A DNA stretch of 38,649 bases, taken from Malassezia furfur. Taxonomy: Eukaryota. The DNA lies in the NCBI GenBank assembly GCA_052055015.1, contig JBQJIT010000059.1; one strand, written 5' to 3'. The position numbers and the translations under genes were made by a program. Each line of letters begins with the position of its first letter. Within the stretch, counting starts at the first letter, position 1. Positions 10,188 to 21,300 of the stretch are shown piece after piece. The notes under the pieces are model-generated. The model saw only the letters and a list, made by a program, of their open reading frames with translations, had not been told where the DNA came from and did no database searches.

Positions 10188-12744
10188 ATGAGCGCACGGC
10201 GCGTCAAGCTGCCCAAGACGGCGCGGCTGCTTGCGTCGGCATGCAACCCATGCATGGACGTGACGGCACTGGTGTGCTTGGACAGTGTGCCGGCATCAGC
10301 GTCCGTCGGTCCGCCGGGCCTGACGCCCGCGCAGCTGGCGATGCGCCAGAAAATGCTAGCGTTCCAGGCGCGCCGACTCGGCGTCGCGAATCCTGCAGCG
10401 GCGCAGCGCACAGCGAGTGGCATACGCCGTGGACCTCAGATCAAGCTTGCACTGTGGCGCACAGGCAAGGAGCTGAGCCAGATCTGGGAGGTGGATGTCG
10501 TGCTGCCCAAGCCGCTCTTCTCCACCGAAGCGCGCGAAGGTACGGAAACCGCGCGCGTCACGCAGCTGTGCTGGAGCCCGAACGGTACGTGTAGGCGACT
10601 GACGCAGGCGAGCGCCTTGCTTTGCGCCTGTTTGCGACGCGAAATGACGAGCACGCGTCGGCCGTGCTCCTCTACGCCGTAGACGACGGCCAAGTGCTCA
10701 CGACGCACGTCGTGCCGTGCACCGACGTGCACAGCACGAGCATGGCATGGGTCGCCGTCGACGCACCACATATCACGTCGCAGGCACTCGCGATGGTGCA
10801 CGCACTTGCGCCCCTGCCAACGCTCGAGCCTGTCGGCGCCCCCGCGGGGTCCCATGCACGGATGCCCAATGCGCGCAATGCCGCTACCGTGTCGCTGCCG
10901 AGCACGCGCGTCGCGCATGGCGAGGGCGTGCTGGCGCGCCTGCCTGCACTGCCGCGCGCGTGGAAGGACGAGAAGCAGGAGCCGACGTCGCTGCTGTGCG
11001 TGCAGGACGGTGGGCAAATTCTGCATGTGTTCCTCGACGGCTCCGTGTCGCTCGGCGCATGCACGCTCGGCGCAGCCGACGGTGTGCTGCTGCACGCTGC
11101 AAGCACGCACGCCACGGCGCTCGTGCGTGAAAACGAGGCGCTTGCGTCGGTGCGTGTGGCCCTACCGCTCGACACGACGTTCCCTGCGGTGATGCACCTC
11201 GCCGAGCTCGCTACGGCGATGCAGCACGAACTTGCGCACGCCTCCGACGCGGTCGAGAGCGCTGCACATGCGTGGCGCACGCTCGCACGACCGCGTGCAG
11301 TCGAGTGGCACACGCAGCTCACGGATCTGTCGAAGCGGCATGCCGTCGATCTGGGCGTGGAGCTCATGGCCCTGATCACGACGGGCTACGGCGGTGCAGC
11401 GTCCGAGCAGCTGCTGCTGCACAACCTCACCGAAGGCGTACGTTACTGCATTGCTGACCCAGGCCACGATCGCTATGGAGCAAGACGCACGGCGTGGGCT
11501 CAAACTCGTCCGGCGATACGCAGGGACGACACTCGTGCCGGCGTGTGAGCACCTCCTCGTGCTCCTTGTCGAGCTGCAGGGGTGCGCCGCGTGGCCGGAG
11601 CGCTTTGCGCTCTTTGCGCTGCCGGCTGCCGAGCTCGCGGCGCTTGTACGCGCGGTGCAGACGTGCCTCGCCGCGGTGCGTGCCCTGCAGGAGACCGCGG
11701 AGCGCGAGCTGCTCGCCCTCGACGAGTTTTTCAAGTGGTGGCGCATGGGTACGTATAGGCGCATGCGGCTGACCGCAGAGCAAGACCGGCAGGAACGTCT
11801 CAAGACGGAAGAGATGCCGCACGTGATTCCGGCGCACGATACCCTCACTGTGCTCGAGCTCGTGCGCCGCGGGTTTGTCTCGCCCGAGCTCGATGCGCTC
11901 CTGGGTGCGCCCGAGGCGCCCAGCGCCGCACCGGCGCACGACACGTCCATGGACGACACGTCGCAGGCGCCGGCGACCGTCCACGACCCGGCGTCGGCGG
12001 TGTACGCTGATGCGCCGTCTGCACCCCCCGTGCCGTCGCTCGACGCGACGATCGACGCGGCCTTTGCTTACCTGGAAGCGCCGCAGCCTTCTGTGCCCGA
12101 TGCGCATGTGTACGACGTGCCGCAGCTCTTTGTCCCGCCCGAGCACGCGTTTGCGGGGCCCCGGGCGCTGCCCGGCGACGCGCAGACGCTCGGTGCGCGC
12201 TTTGCCGACGTCACGGAGCGCATCGCGACGCTGTTCTCTGCGGCGCTGCAGCGCACGATGGATCAGGCACACACGGTGCGCGCGCCGCTCGGTACGTGGG
12301 ACGTTGTGTGCCGCGACGACACGTGGTGCTCCGTGCCCGCGGACGTACGCGCCGCGCCGTGCCCCGCCATACAGGTGTGCCGAATTGGCGCGTACACGGC
12401 GCTGCGCACGGGGCCCGACAAGGTGCGTATCGTGCGCGCCGACGGTGGCTCGGCGTGTGTGCGTGTGCCCGACGTGCTGGACATCGGTGCCCAGGACGAC
12501 ACACACCTCGTTGTGCTGCACGGCCGCGGCCCGTACGCGTTGGGCATCGTGGCGCTCGCGGCGCTGGCGTACGACGCGACGCCTGCGCCGCGCGACGCCT
12601 GCGCCGCGCGACGCCGACTGGGCCCATACGGTGCCGTGCGTGTGGGACGACGGGGCACCGAGCCGCCTGGCGGTGCGTGGACGCACATGCGTGGTGCTGG
12701 GCGACGACGCGCAGACGCTGGCGTATGCTGCGTGGGTCGAGTAA
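10188..12744 (+). CDS. APC4: Anaphase-promoting complex subunit 4; introns 10585-10607, 11438-11462, 11749-11778; apparent frameshift at 12576-12607
   Basis: N-terminal CNPCMD...LALWR...VTQLCWSPNG|ERLAL (ANAPC4 WD40-like), central helical region PACEHLLVLL..L.G...W and FFKWW. The plausible C-terminus (RLAVRGRTCVVLGDD, stop 12744) is reached only if one copy of a 16-nt tandem duplication is removed; as written the frame stops at 12770. Confidence 0.78.
12576..12607 (+). repeat. Exact 16-nt tandem duplication GCGACGCCTGCGCCGC x2 inside APC4
   Basis: Read directly at 12576-12591 and 12592-12607, followed by a partial third copy. Confidence 0.93.
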
Positions 12745-12766
12745 GGTGCACTCTACAGGATCTAGC

Positions 12767-13798
12767 TTAGAGCTTCTCGGTGAGCTCGGGCACCGCCTCG
12801 TACAGGTCGGCGACGAGACCGAGGTCGGCCACCTGGAAGATGGGCGCCTCAGGGTCCTTGTTGATCGCAACGATCGTCTTGCTGTCCTTCATACCAGCCA
12901 GGTGCTGGATCGCACCGCTGATACCCACGGCGACGTACAGCTCCGGCGCGACGATCTTGCCCGTCTGGCCGACCTGCAGCGCATTGTCCGCGTAGCCGGC
13001 GTCGACGGCCGCACGCGAGGCACCCACCGCGGCGTTGAGCTTGTCGGCGAGCGGCTCGATGTACTTGGCGAAGCCCTCGGCGGACTTGAGCGCACGGCCA
13101 CCCGACACGACGCGCGAAGCGGTGCCCAGGTCCGGACGGGTGCTCTCGTTGATCTTCTCCTCGACAAACTTGGTCGGCTCGGGGCACGGGCCGGCCGACA
13201 CCTCCTCGACCGAGGCGCTGCCGCCCTCGACCTTGGCGGCATCAAAGGCGGTGCCACGCACGGTGAACACGACCACCTTGTCGTCCGACTTGACCGTAGC
13301 CAGCGCGTTGCCGGCGTAGATGGGACGCACAAACTGCTTCTCGCCGTCCACCTGGATAATGTCCGACACCTGCTGCGTGTCGATCAGCGCCGAGGCACGC
13401 GGGATCACGTCACGGCCCACGGCGGTGTGGCCCGCGGCGACGTGCGTGTAGCCATTCTTCTCGACGAGCTCCTTGATCAGCGGCGCGATCGGCTCGGCGA
13501 GCTGGTTCGCAAATGCATCCGAGCTCGAGACGAGCACCTTGGCAAGGCCCGAGGCCTTGGAGGCCTTCTCGGCGATCGCCTTCGCCTCGTCGCTCTTGCC
13601 GACGACGAGCGCGTGCACATCCCCACCGAGCTTCGACGCGGCGGTCAGCGCGGAGAGCGACGCAGGGTTGATCTCGCCCTTCTTGTGCTCAAGAAACAGC
13701 AGCGTGTTGGCAAGACGCGACGAGGACGTCGCAAACGTGCGCGCCGAGGCGCGGGGCAGGGCCGGCACGGCCATACGCGAAAGACGAGCAGCAAGCAT
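12767..13798 (-). CDS. ETFA: Electron transfer flavoprotein alpha subunit, mitochondrial
   Basis: Arg/Ser-rich presequence; [63 protein letters not shown]. Confidence 0.97.
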   Translation of the reverse strand: MLAARLSRMAVPALPRASARTFATSSSRLANTLLFLEHKKGEINPASLSALTAASKLGGDVHALVVGKSDEAKAIAEKASKASGLAKVLVSSSDAFANQLAEPIAPLIKELVEKNGYTHVAAGHTAVGRDVIPRASALIDTQQVSDIIQVDGEKQFVRPIYAGNALATVKSDDKVVVFTVRGTAFDAAKVEGGSASVEEVSAGPCPEPTKFVEEKINESTRPDLGTASRVVSGGRALKSAEGFAKYIEPLADKLNAAVGASRAAVDAGYADNALQVGQTGKIVAPELYVAVGISGAIQHLAGMKDSKTIVAINKDPEAPIFQVADLGLVADLYEAVPELTEKL

Positions 13799-13864
13799 GA
13801 TGGTTCTGGAGAATACCCCGGCCGCGCCGCCGGGCGCTTGCGGAGACGATCGGACCGGGCTCTA

Positions 13865-13872
13865 CACGTGAC
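13865..13872. promoter_or_regulatory. CACGTGAC E-box (Cbf1/bHLH-type) upstream of ETFA
   Basis: Exact GTCACGTG match on the minus strand in the 120-bp intergenic gap; the same 8-mer recurs in three other intergenic gaps. Confidence 0.5.
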
Positions 13873-13918
13873 CTAGAACTACGGGCGCGGATCGATGGCG
13901 CACAGACAGCCACGTGGC

Positions 13919-15670
13919 TCACGCCTTGCCCCGCCGCGCCGCGGTGCTCAGCTTGCCGGACACAAACCCCAACGGCGCCTGGGCACCGCGCGACGCTCCA
14001 CGCGCAGCAGGCGCGGCACGCGACATGCGGGTCGACTTGACGGAAGATGTGCGGGCAGGCCCATCGGGCGCGTCCGTCGGCGTCGTCGCGGCTGCAGCAT
14101 GCGCCGCCCACGCCGCCGACTCGGGCGCGCCGGGCACACTGCCCAGCCCGCGCGCCGACGCCTGCACGTCGCCCTGGATCCACACATCAAACGTGCCGCA
14201 CCACTCGCGTGCGGCCGCAGGGAAGTCGTAGTTGAGGTAGATCGTGCGGATCGGCGCATCGGCACCCGCCCCGTCACGCGGTGCGTCACGCGCACGACAC
14301 GCCTTGGCAAATTCTCGCACAATGCGCTTTGTGCCTGGCACCTTGAGACTCGTGCCCGCAACGATCAGCAAATCGGGCGGGAGCGGTTTGAGCCGCGTGC
14401 GGCTCGGCTTGGGCGGCGCGGGTGCGGGCGGCGCCGCCTCCACCGGCTGGTCGTCGTCAAAGAACGCGTCGAGCACCGCGTCGGCGCTCTGCGCGTTGGG
14501 CTGCACACTCAGGCCGTCGACCGGCGGCTGCGCCTCTTCCTTGATCGGCGGCGCTGCGAGGCTTTGTGTGCGTTGCGCAAAACTCCGCTCGCGCCGCTGC
14601 CGCGCGCGCGCCTCGCTCGGCGTCTCGGGCACCTGCGGCTCGTTGGGGTCTCGCAGGCCCAGCAAGTCGCGCTCCACACACGCGCCGACACGCTCGGCGG
14701 TGTCGTTCTCGCCGTTGTACAGCACCACATCGACCTTCATGCGCCCGATGCCGCGCGACCGCAGCCCCGCGGCGGTGCGCAGCTCGTCGGCGGCCTCGCA
14801 CTGGGCGCACCACACCGGCTGCCCCTCGCGCATGCGTGCCAGCGCGTGCTTGGCGGGCTCCGTGTCGTGGGCAAGCGACAAGGTGTGCGAGCAGAGCGCA
14901 CAGCTCAGTGTCGACAGACTTCCGTGCAGCGGGATGGCGCGTGGGAAGAGCGGCTTATTCTGTGACGAGCCCTGCACGAGCACCGAGTCGGACTGCGAGC
15001 GCGCAAATGCCGTGCGCCGGCGCTTACTGCCTGACGGCTGTGGTGCGGCAGGGTCGAACCCGAAGCTGAGGCCCGCCTTGGCTTCGAGTCCATCGATGTT
15101 TTGCGTGTACACGCGCTGGAGGCGCCCCTCTTCGTCGAGGCGTTTGAGCAGCTGGTGGAAGGAGGTCGGCCGCGCCGCATCGGCCATGTCCTTCAGCTCG
15201 GCCATCATGGTATAAAACAGGGCCGTCGAGCGTTCCGACTGTATCAGTATGGCGCACCCACATTAAACAACCGCGCATCAAACAAGTCCTTGCCGCTCGA
15301 CAGGCCCGCGTCGGGGTAGCGCTCCTTGAGCTTGGTAAACAGCCCCGAGGCGCTGCGAAAGTCGGGGATATTGGCCGGCGACGATACCGAGATTCCCGCG
15401 CCTGCGTAAGTCGTGCCATCACGTACCACAAACGACCGCAATCCGGCGCGCCTGGCGCGTCGCGAGGTACACACGCCCTAGGTCGCGCTCGAGCGACGCC
15501 GAAACACGTGCATACGACGGCATCGACGACGGCAGCTCGCTGGCGCCGTCGCCGCAGCACGGCGCACCAGCGCCAGCACATGCATCACGCTCGTCCTTGA
15601 CGTCCGAACTGCCCTCTGGCTTTGCATGCACTGGATCGCCGCCCACCGCCGCGAGCGGCACCACCAACAT
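13919..15670 (-). CDS. NAD-dependent deacetylase, Sir2 family (Hst3/Hst4-like); introns 15402-15426, 15239-15261
   Basis: Spliced IAVVC|GAGISVS..IPDFRSASGLF, GKDLFD, YTQNIDGLE, catalytic LHG, zinc-binding CALC/CAQC, VVLYNG and LIVAGTSLKVPG. Confidence 0.9.
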
Positions 15671-15707
15671 GTTGTGGTGGAACGCACGCTCCTTCCCCAG
15701 GCGCGAG

Positions 15708-15720
15708 CACGTGACCCAAT
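15708..15720. promoter_or_regulatory. CACGTGAC plus adjacent CCAAT in the 63-bp bidirectional gap between the sirtuin and Rdx genes
   Basis: Sequence CACGTGACCCAAT read directly between ATG 15670(-) and ATG 15734(+). Confidence 0.55.
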
Positions 15721-15733
15721 CACTCCGGCCATC

Positions 15734-16893
15734 ATGGCGAGCAAGAAGCAGCTGCCCGCGCTCCCGCGGGACGCGAGCGCGAGGTACTCGTACTCCGACC
15801 TCTCGGCGCCCGTGCTCCCGCCAGTCGAGATCCCTCAGCCACTCCCCTTGTCCGCCTCGCGCGAGTTCTCTGCGTCGGTCCCGGACGTGTCGCATACGCG
15901 CACGTCCCCTACCGATGGCTATCCCGCTCCGCCCTATCTCGGCCGCGGCTTCTACCTCGCGCCGCGTGCACACATGGTCGGCGAGGACGGACGTGTGTTT
16001 GGCACTGGATCGCGTGCGACGTGGACTGGTCGCCCGACGCCGCGCATGACGCTGCCCTACACGGCGCCTGCGCCTGCGCCTGCGCCAGCACCTGCGCCAG
16101 CACCTGCGCCTGCGCCAGCACCTGCGCCAGCGCCAGCGCCAGCGCCTGCGCTAGCGCATGTGCATGCGCATGCGCCAGTCCCAGCGCCAGCGCCAGCTCC
16201 TACGCAGTCGCACGTGCAGGCTCCGCTGCCGCTGCGTCCGTCGGCGTCCGCGCGCACCATGTTGCCGTCCGCGTCGACTGCTGAGGATCTGGCGAATGCG
16301 CCTGAGGCGGCGCCGGCGCTGCAGATGGCATCACTCGTTTCGCCAAGGAGCGCTATGCCACCCGCGGTCGAGGCGCGCCCTGCCCATGTGCCCGTCTCCA
16401 GCGCCCCGAAGCCTGCACGTGTTGGCACGAAGGAAGCTTGCAACGGCGATACGGCGGCGATCGTGCCGCCCATCTCGGCAACAGCTGCCGCAGGACTGGT
16501 GCAGCCGTGTCTGATCATCGAGGTAGGTTTGAAGCATACTGACCGCAGTACTGTGACCGATGCCGTTGGCAGCATCGTGCGAGCTGGCTCCAGACTGAAC
16601 TGTTCCTTACTTTCTCTGCTAAGGACGCGATGGACGGAAGAGGCTCGCAGGCGTCCGGCGGCGGCGCACTGGCGAGCTCGATGCTCATCCCGCGCGCTGC
16701 TCCAGAGACCGCTGGGCGCTTCCGCGTGTGGCTCTCGATGCAGCCAGTGGGTGCAAGGCACGCCGAGGTATCTGCCCTGTATCTTCTGTGGGACCGAAAG
16801 CAACGCGGCGGCTTCCCCGAACTCCCTGAGCTGAAGCGGCTCGTGCGCGACAAGATCGCGCCTGCACAATCGTTGGGGCACTCGGAAAAGTAA
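15734..16893 (+). CDS. Rdx/SelW-SelT-SelH family thioredoxin-like protein (CxxC) with a long Pro/Ala-rich N-terminal extension; intron 16523-16548
   Basis: Splicing gives LIIE|YCDRCRWQHRASWLQTELFLTF...GRFRVWL...LWDRKQRGGFPELPELKRLVRDKIAPAQSLGHSEK, the typical Rdx signature. The start codon is uncertain. Confidence 0.85.
16064..16147 (+). repeat. Degenerate hexamer repeat GCRCCW x14 encoding (Ala-Pro)14
   Basis: GCGCCT/GCGCCA/GCACCT units read directly. Confidence 0.92.
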
Positions 16894-16925
16894 GACGTAG
16901 ACGTAGAAGGGCAATTTGCGATAAT

Positions 16926-17989
16926 TTACAGAGTCCAACAGGCCGTGATAGTCGAGACGGCGAGCGCCAAGAGCGCCTGAAATGCGATATTGGCGGTCGT
17001 GGCGTGCGAGGTGTCGCTGCGGTTAGTGCAAGGCCGCAGCACTTACCTTCCCTCTCCGTAGTTGCGCTGGATCGTGTGTACATACAGCACAGCAACACGG
17101 CCATCGATCGCTGTGCCGTTCGGTGGCGCGACATCGGGATGGTTGATATTATGCGAAGTGGCATTTAGGAGACGTCCCGCCTCGATCCACCGCACTGTCG
17201 CATTAAAGCGGTTGCCCATCCATTCGATGCCGCCCGGCTGGGTCGCAATTTCCACGACACTGTCTCGGCCAAGGTTGTAGCCGTTTGCTGCGATGCTATG
17301 AGCCTTGTTCAGGCCCTGCTCCAAGGACGCCGCCAAAAAGATGGCCGTTCCTGCTGTGCGGGTATGTTGCATAAACCAGCGGAAATGGTTGCCTCCCTCG
17401 ATGGTCTCGCGGCACGTCCCCACTGAGGGGAGACCGTAGTTCCATCGTAGAACGCCATTGTTGCCCGACAAGGACCCCTGGCGTACGTTGGGATTTTCGC
17501 GACCTAGGTTGGTGTACATGAATCCCTCATCGTCACCCTGTCCGAGGCACGACACGCCGAATCCAAGTGCGGTGGCCCATACAAGAAATCCCTCAGGATG
17601 GAGCATATCCGACGACGATTCGCCTGAGACGATCACATTCAGCGGCTCGCCGATGGGATCTTTGAGGTCGAAATGCTGGGTCAGCGTGCAGCACGTACTC
17701 CAAGCATATCCGCGCCCGGCGCTTCGAGAGGATTGACGAAACCTGGCGGCAAAGGTGGGAGCGGGGTGCTCGTCGCGGTGGCGTTTGTGCTGTTGCTCGA
17801 CGACGAGGCCGTCGCACTGCCGGACACGGTTACGTTGCCTCCCAGCGTCCGATTGTACGACGCCGATGACGACCGTGTCGATGTTCGGCTAGCACCTGAG
17901 CTTGACGATGAGCTACTTGTGCTCGAATCTTGCGCCAGGACGGCGCACGCCCCCGCCCACCACCAGAGCCATCCGTGCGCGAGGCGCAT
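16926..17989 (-). CDS. Uncharacterised secreted, probably GPI-anchored surface protein; introns 17676-17698 and 17017-17046
   Basis: Signal peptide MRLAHGWLWWWAGACAVLA, Ser/Thr-rich stalk, globular domain (GEPLNVIVSG...WNYG..GTC.ETIEGGNHFRW...NGYNLGRD). The spliced last exon gives GEGS-DTSHATTANIAFQALLALAVSTITACWTL*, a GPI-signal-like tail. Confidence 0.82.
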
Positions 17990-18038
17990 AGCAAGATAGG
18001 CCGGATGTTCCTAGGTCAAATGGCCCGGAAACCCTTGT

Positions 18039-18363
18039 TGCCAAGGCTTTGTGGCGGTGTGGGTTACTAGTGCGCGCATTGGCATAAGCCAATCACATGC
18101 GAGAAAATAAACATTTTTCTCCAGTTTTCTGCACCCTGAATGCATGCCGCCGAGCATTTTGCGTAAATTGAATTGCTTGGCATATGCACCTCGCTCCACG
18201 ACATGGAAAGTTGGGCAATCCTACGGTCTTGGCATACATCCGGGAACGGCAATCTCGCGTGTACGGCTAGGGTTATCTCCGCCGGCATGGTGCCGCCAAA
18301 GTTATATAAGTATGGGCTAAATTCCGCAAAGAGATCTCCTCAGCGTGTTTTGCGTTTGCCAAG
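18039..18363. promoter_or_regulatory. Cluster of four TGCCAAG (Rim101/PacC-type) sites plus a TATA-like element in the divergent promoter of ENA1 and the GPI-protein gene
   Basis: TGCCAAG at 18039-18045(+), 18176-18182(-), 18228-18234(-) and 18357-18363(+); TATATAA at 18303-18309. Confidence 0.72.
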
Positions 18364-18384
18364 CAGCCAAAGCACTACTAGTAT

Positions 18385-21300
18385 ATGAGTTCGAACGCCT
18401 CCGACCAAGCAAGCATCCAAAACGAGAAAGGCAGCAACAACCAGGCACCTGCTCAGTCCGGTCACGAGGGCCAACCCGCCAAGGACAACAAGGATGTCAG
18501 CCGCGAAGAGGCCCTGGCGCACCCGCACCACTTCCACGCCAACGCGGTAGTGCGGGCCCTGGGCACCGACCAGCTCGAGGGTCTGTCCAACAACGAGGCG
18601 AAAAGCCGCCTGGACACCTATGGTGAAAACATGCTGGACAAGGGCGACAACATCAGCATCACCCGCATCCTCGTCAACCAAGTGGCCAACTCGATGACGC
18701 TTGTGCTGATCATTGCCATGATTGTCGCACTGGCCATCAAGTCGTGGATCGAGGGTGGCGTGATTGCTGGTGTCGTGGGTATCAATGTATTCGTGGGCTT
18801 CTTTCAAGAGCTTTCAGCGGAGAAGACGATGAATTCGCTGCGCTCGCTCGCCTCGCCGACCGCACAGGTGGTCCGTTCTGGTTCTTCGACGACCATCAAC
18901 GCCTCGGAAGTGGTTCCTGGTGATATTTTGGAGCTGTCGACCGGTGACACGGTCCCGGCCGACTGCCGCATCCTCGACATGATGAACTTTGAGACGGACG
19001 AGGCGCTGCTCACCGGTGAATCGCTGCCGGTGGCCAAGGACCACACGCAAGTGTTCCCGCCCAGCGACCAGGGCGACGAGGTGGGCGTTGGTGACCGGCT
19101 GAACATGGCCTATTCGTCTTCGACGGTGTCCAAAGGCCGCGCCACACTCGTGGTCACGGCGACCGGTATGAACACCGAGATTGGCCGCATTGCCGAGGCG
19201 TTGCAGGGCGCTTCCAAGGGCAACAAGATCCGCTCGGTGAAGCGCAACGCGTACGGCAAGGCCAAGCCGCACGACTATGTGCGCGCGGGTGCTTTGACCG
19301 TGTGGGACCAAGTTTTGGCGTTCCTGGGCCTGACCAAGGGCACGCCGCTGCAGATCAACCTGGCCAAGCTCGCGGTGCTGCTCTTTGTGATTGCCGTGGT
19401 GTTTGCCATTATCTGTTTTGCGGCCAACAACTGGAGCGACAACGAGGTGATTATTTATGCGGTCGCGACGGGTGTGTCGATGATTCCCGCCTCGCTCACG
19501 GCCGTGTTGACCATCACCATGGCGATGGGTAGCCGCGCGATGGTGCAGCGCCATGTGATTGTGCGCAAGCTCGAGTCGCTCGAGGCGCTCGGCTCGATCA
19601 CCGACATTTGCTCGGACAAGACGGGCACCCTGACGCAGGGCAAGATGATTGTCAAGAAGGCGTGGCTCCCCTCGATCGGCCAGCTGGCCGTGGCAGAGAG
19701 CAACGAGCCGTTCAACCCGCACAGCGCCGACGTGACGCACACGGGCGGCAACCCTGTCGACCAGGAAGACGGCCTGCACCAGAAGATCGAGGGTGACGTG
19801 GTGGCCTCGGATGCGCAGTCCAAGAACCTCGACCAGGACAAGTACAAGCCGCTGGTGGACTACGTCACGATTGCGTCGATTTGCAACCTCGCCAAGGTCT
19901 TCAAGGATAAGGAGACGGACGAGTGGAAGGCGCTCGGTGACCCGACCGAGTGTGCGCTGCAGACGTTTGCGTGCCGCTTTGGCATGGGCGGCCACCAGCT
20001 CAAGATTCCGCACGAGGACGACGACTCGGAGAAGGAGAGCACGGCCGAGTGGAAGCTGGTCGCCGAGTACCCCTTTGACAGCAGTGTCAAGCGCATGGCG
20101 GTAACCTTCCACAACACGCGCACCGGCGAGCACCGCGCCCTGATGAAGGGTGCCGTCGAGATGGTGCTCAACGCGTGCTCGGAAGTGCAGCTCGACTCGA
20201 AGAAGGCGCCGCTGGAAGAGGAGACGAAGGACGACATCCTCAAGAACATGGAGGCGCTCGCCAAGCAGGGTCTGCGTGTTCTCGCCCTGGCTCACCGCGA
20301 GCTATCGGACGGCGAGGTCAAGAAGGGCGACTCGCTCAGCCGCGAGACGGTCGAGTCGCGCATGACGTTTGTCGGTCTGGCGGGCATCTACGACCCGCCG
20401 CGCCCCGAGTCGAAGGGTGCCGTGGAGACGTGCCACCGCGCCGGCATTGAGGTGCACATGCTCACGGGTGACCACCCGGGCACGGCGCGTGCGATTGCCG
20501 AGCAGGTCGGTATTGTGGCGCCCGCCTCGCAGATCGCCCAGCGCTACTCGAAGGAGATGTCCGACTCGCTCGTGATGACTGCGACGCAGTTTGACCGCCT
20601 GTCGGACGAGCAGATTGACCGCTTGCCGGTGCTGCCGCTCGTGATTGCGCGCTGTGCGCCGCAGACCAAGGTGCGCATGATTGAGGCGCTCCACCGCCGC
20701 GGCCGCTACTGTGCGATGACCGGTGACGGTGTGAACGACTCGCCGTCGCTCAAGCTGTCCGACGTGGGTATTGCCATGGGCGAGGCCGGCTCGGACGTGG
20801 CCAAGGACGCGTCGGACATTGTGCTGACCGACGACAACTTTGCGTCGATCGGCAACGCCATTGAGGAGGGCCGCCGCATGTATGCCAACATTCAGAAGTT
20901 TGTGCTGCACCTGCTCTCGCAGAACGTGGCGCAGGCTTGTGTGTTGCTGATTGGTCTGGCCTTCAAGGACGACACGTCGCTCTCCGTGTTCCCGCTGAGC
21001 CCCGTCGAGATCCTGTATGTGATTATGGTCACGAGTGGTTTCCCGGCCATGGGTCTGGGCATGGAGCAGGCGGCACCCGATATCATGGAGCAGAAGCCGA
21101 GCACGTCGCGCTTTGGTATCTTTACGCTCGAGGTACTGTTTGACCTGCTCGTGTACGGCCTGTGGATGGCCGCGCTCTGCCTTGCCACTTTCTCGCTGGT
21201 GATGTACGGCTGGGGCAATGGCGACCTCGGCCTGGACTGCAACAACAAGTACAACGACTCGTGTGACCAAGTGTTCCGTGCGCGTGGTTCGACCTTTGCG

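Noticed and set aside
12576..12770. Programmed ribosomal frameshift in APC4
   Set aside because: No slippery heptamer is present, and the exact 16-nt duplication fully explains the frame change.
16064..16147. Repeats as CRISPR, telomeric or mobile-element sequence (also 34557-34600)
   Set aside because: These are short coding microsatellites with no spacers, terminal repeats or transposase.
16549..16566. Possible selenoprotein (Sec-containing SelW)
   Set aside because: The motif is TGT-GAC-CGA-TGC (CDRC) with no in-frame TGA, and the 32-nt downstream gap shows no evident SECIS.
18011..18388. Small ORFs in the ENA1 upstream region
   Set aside because: They have atypical composition and no recognisable motifs; the region is better explained as a promoter.
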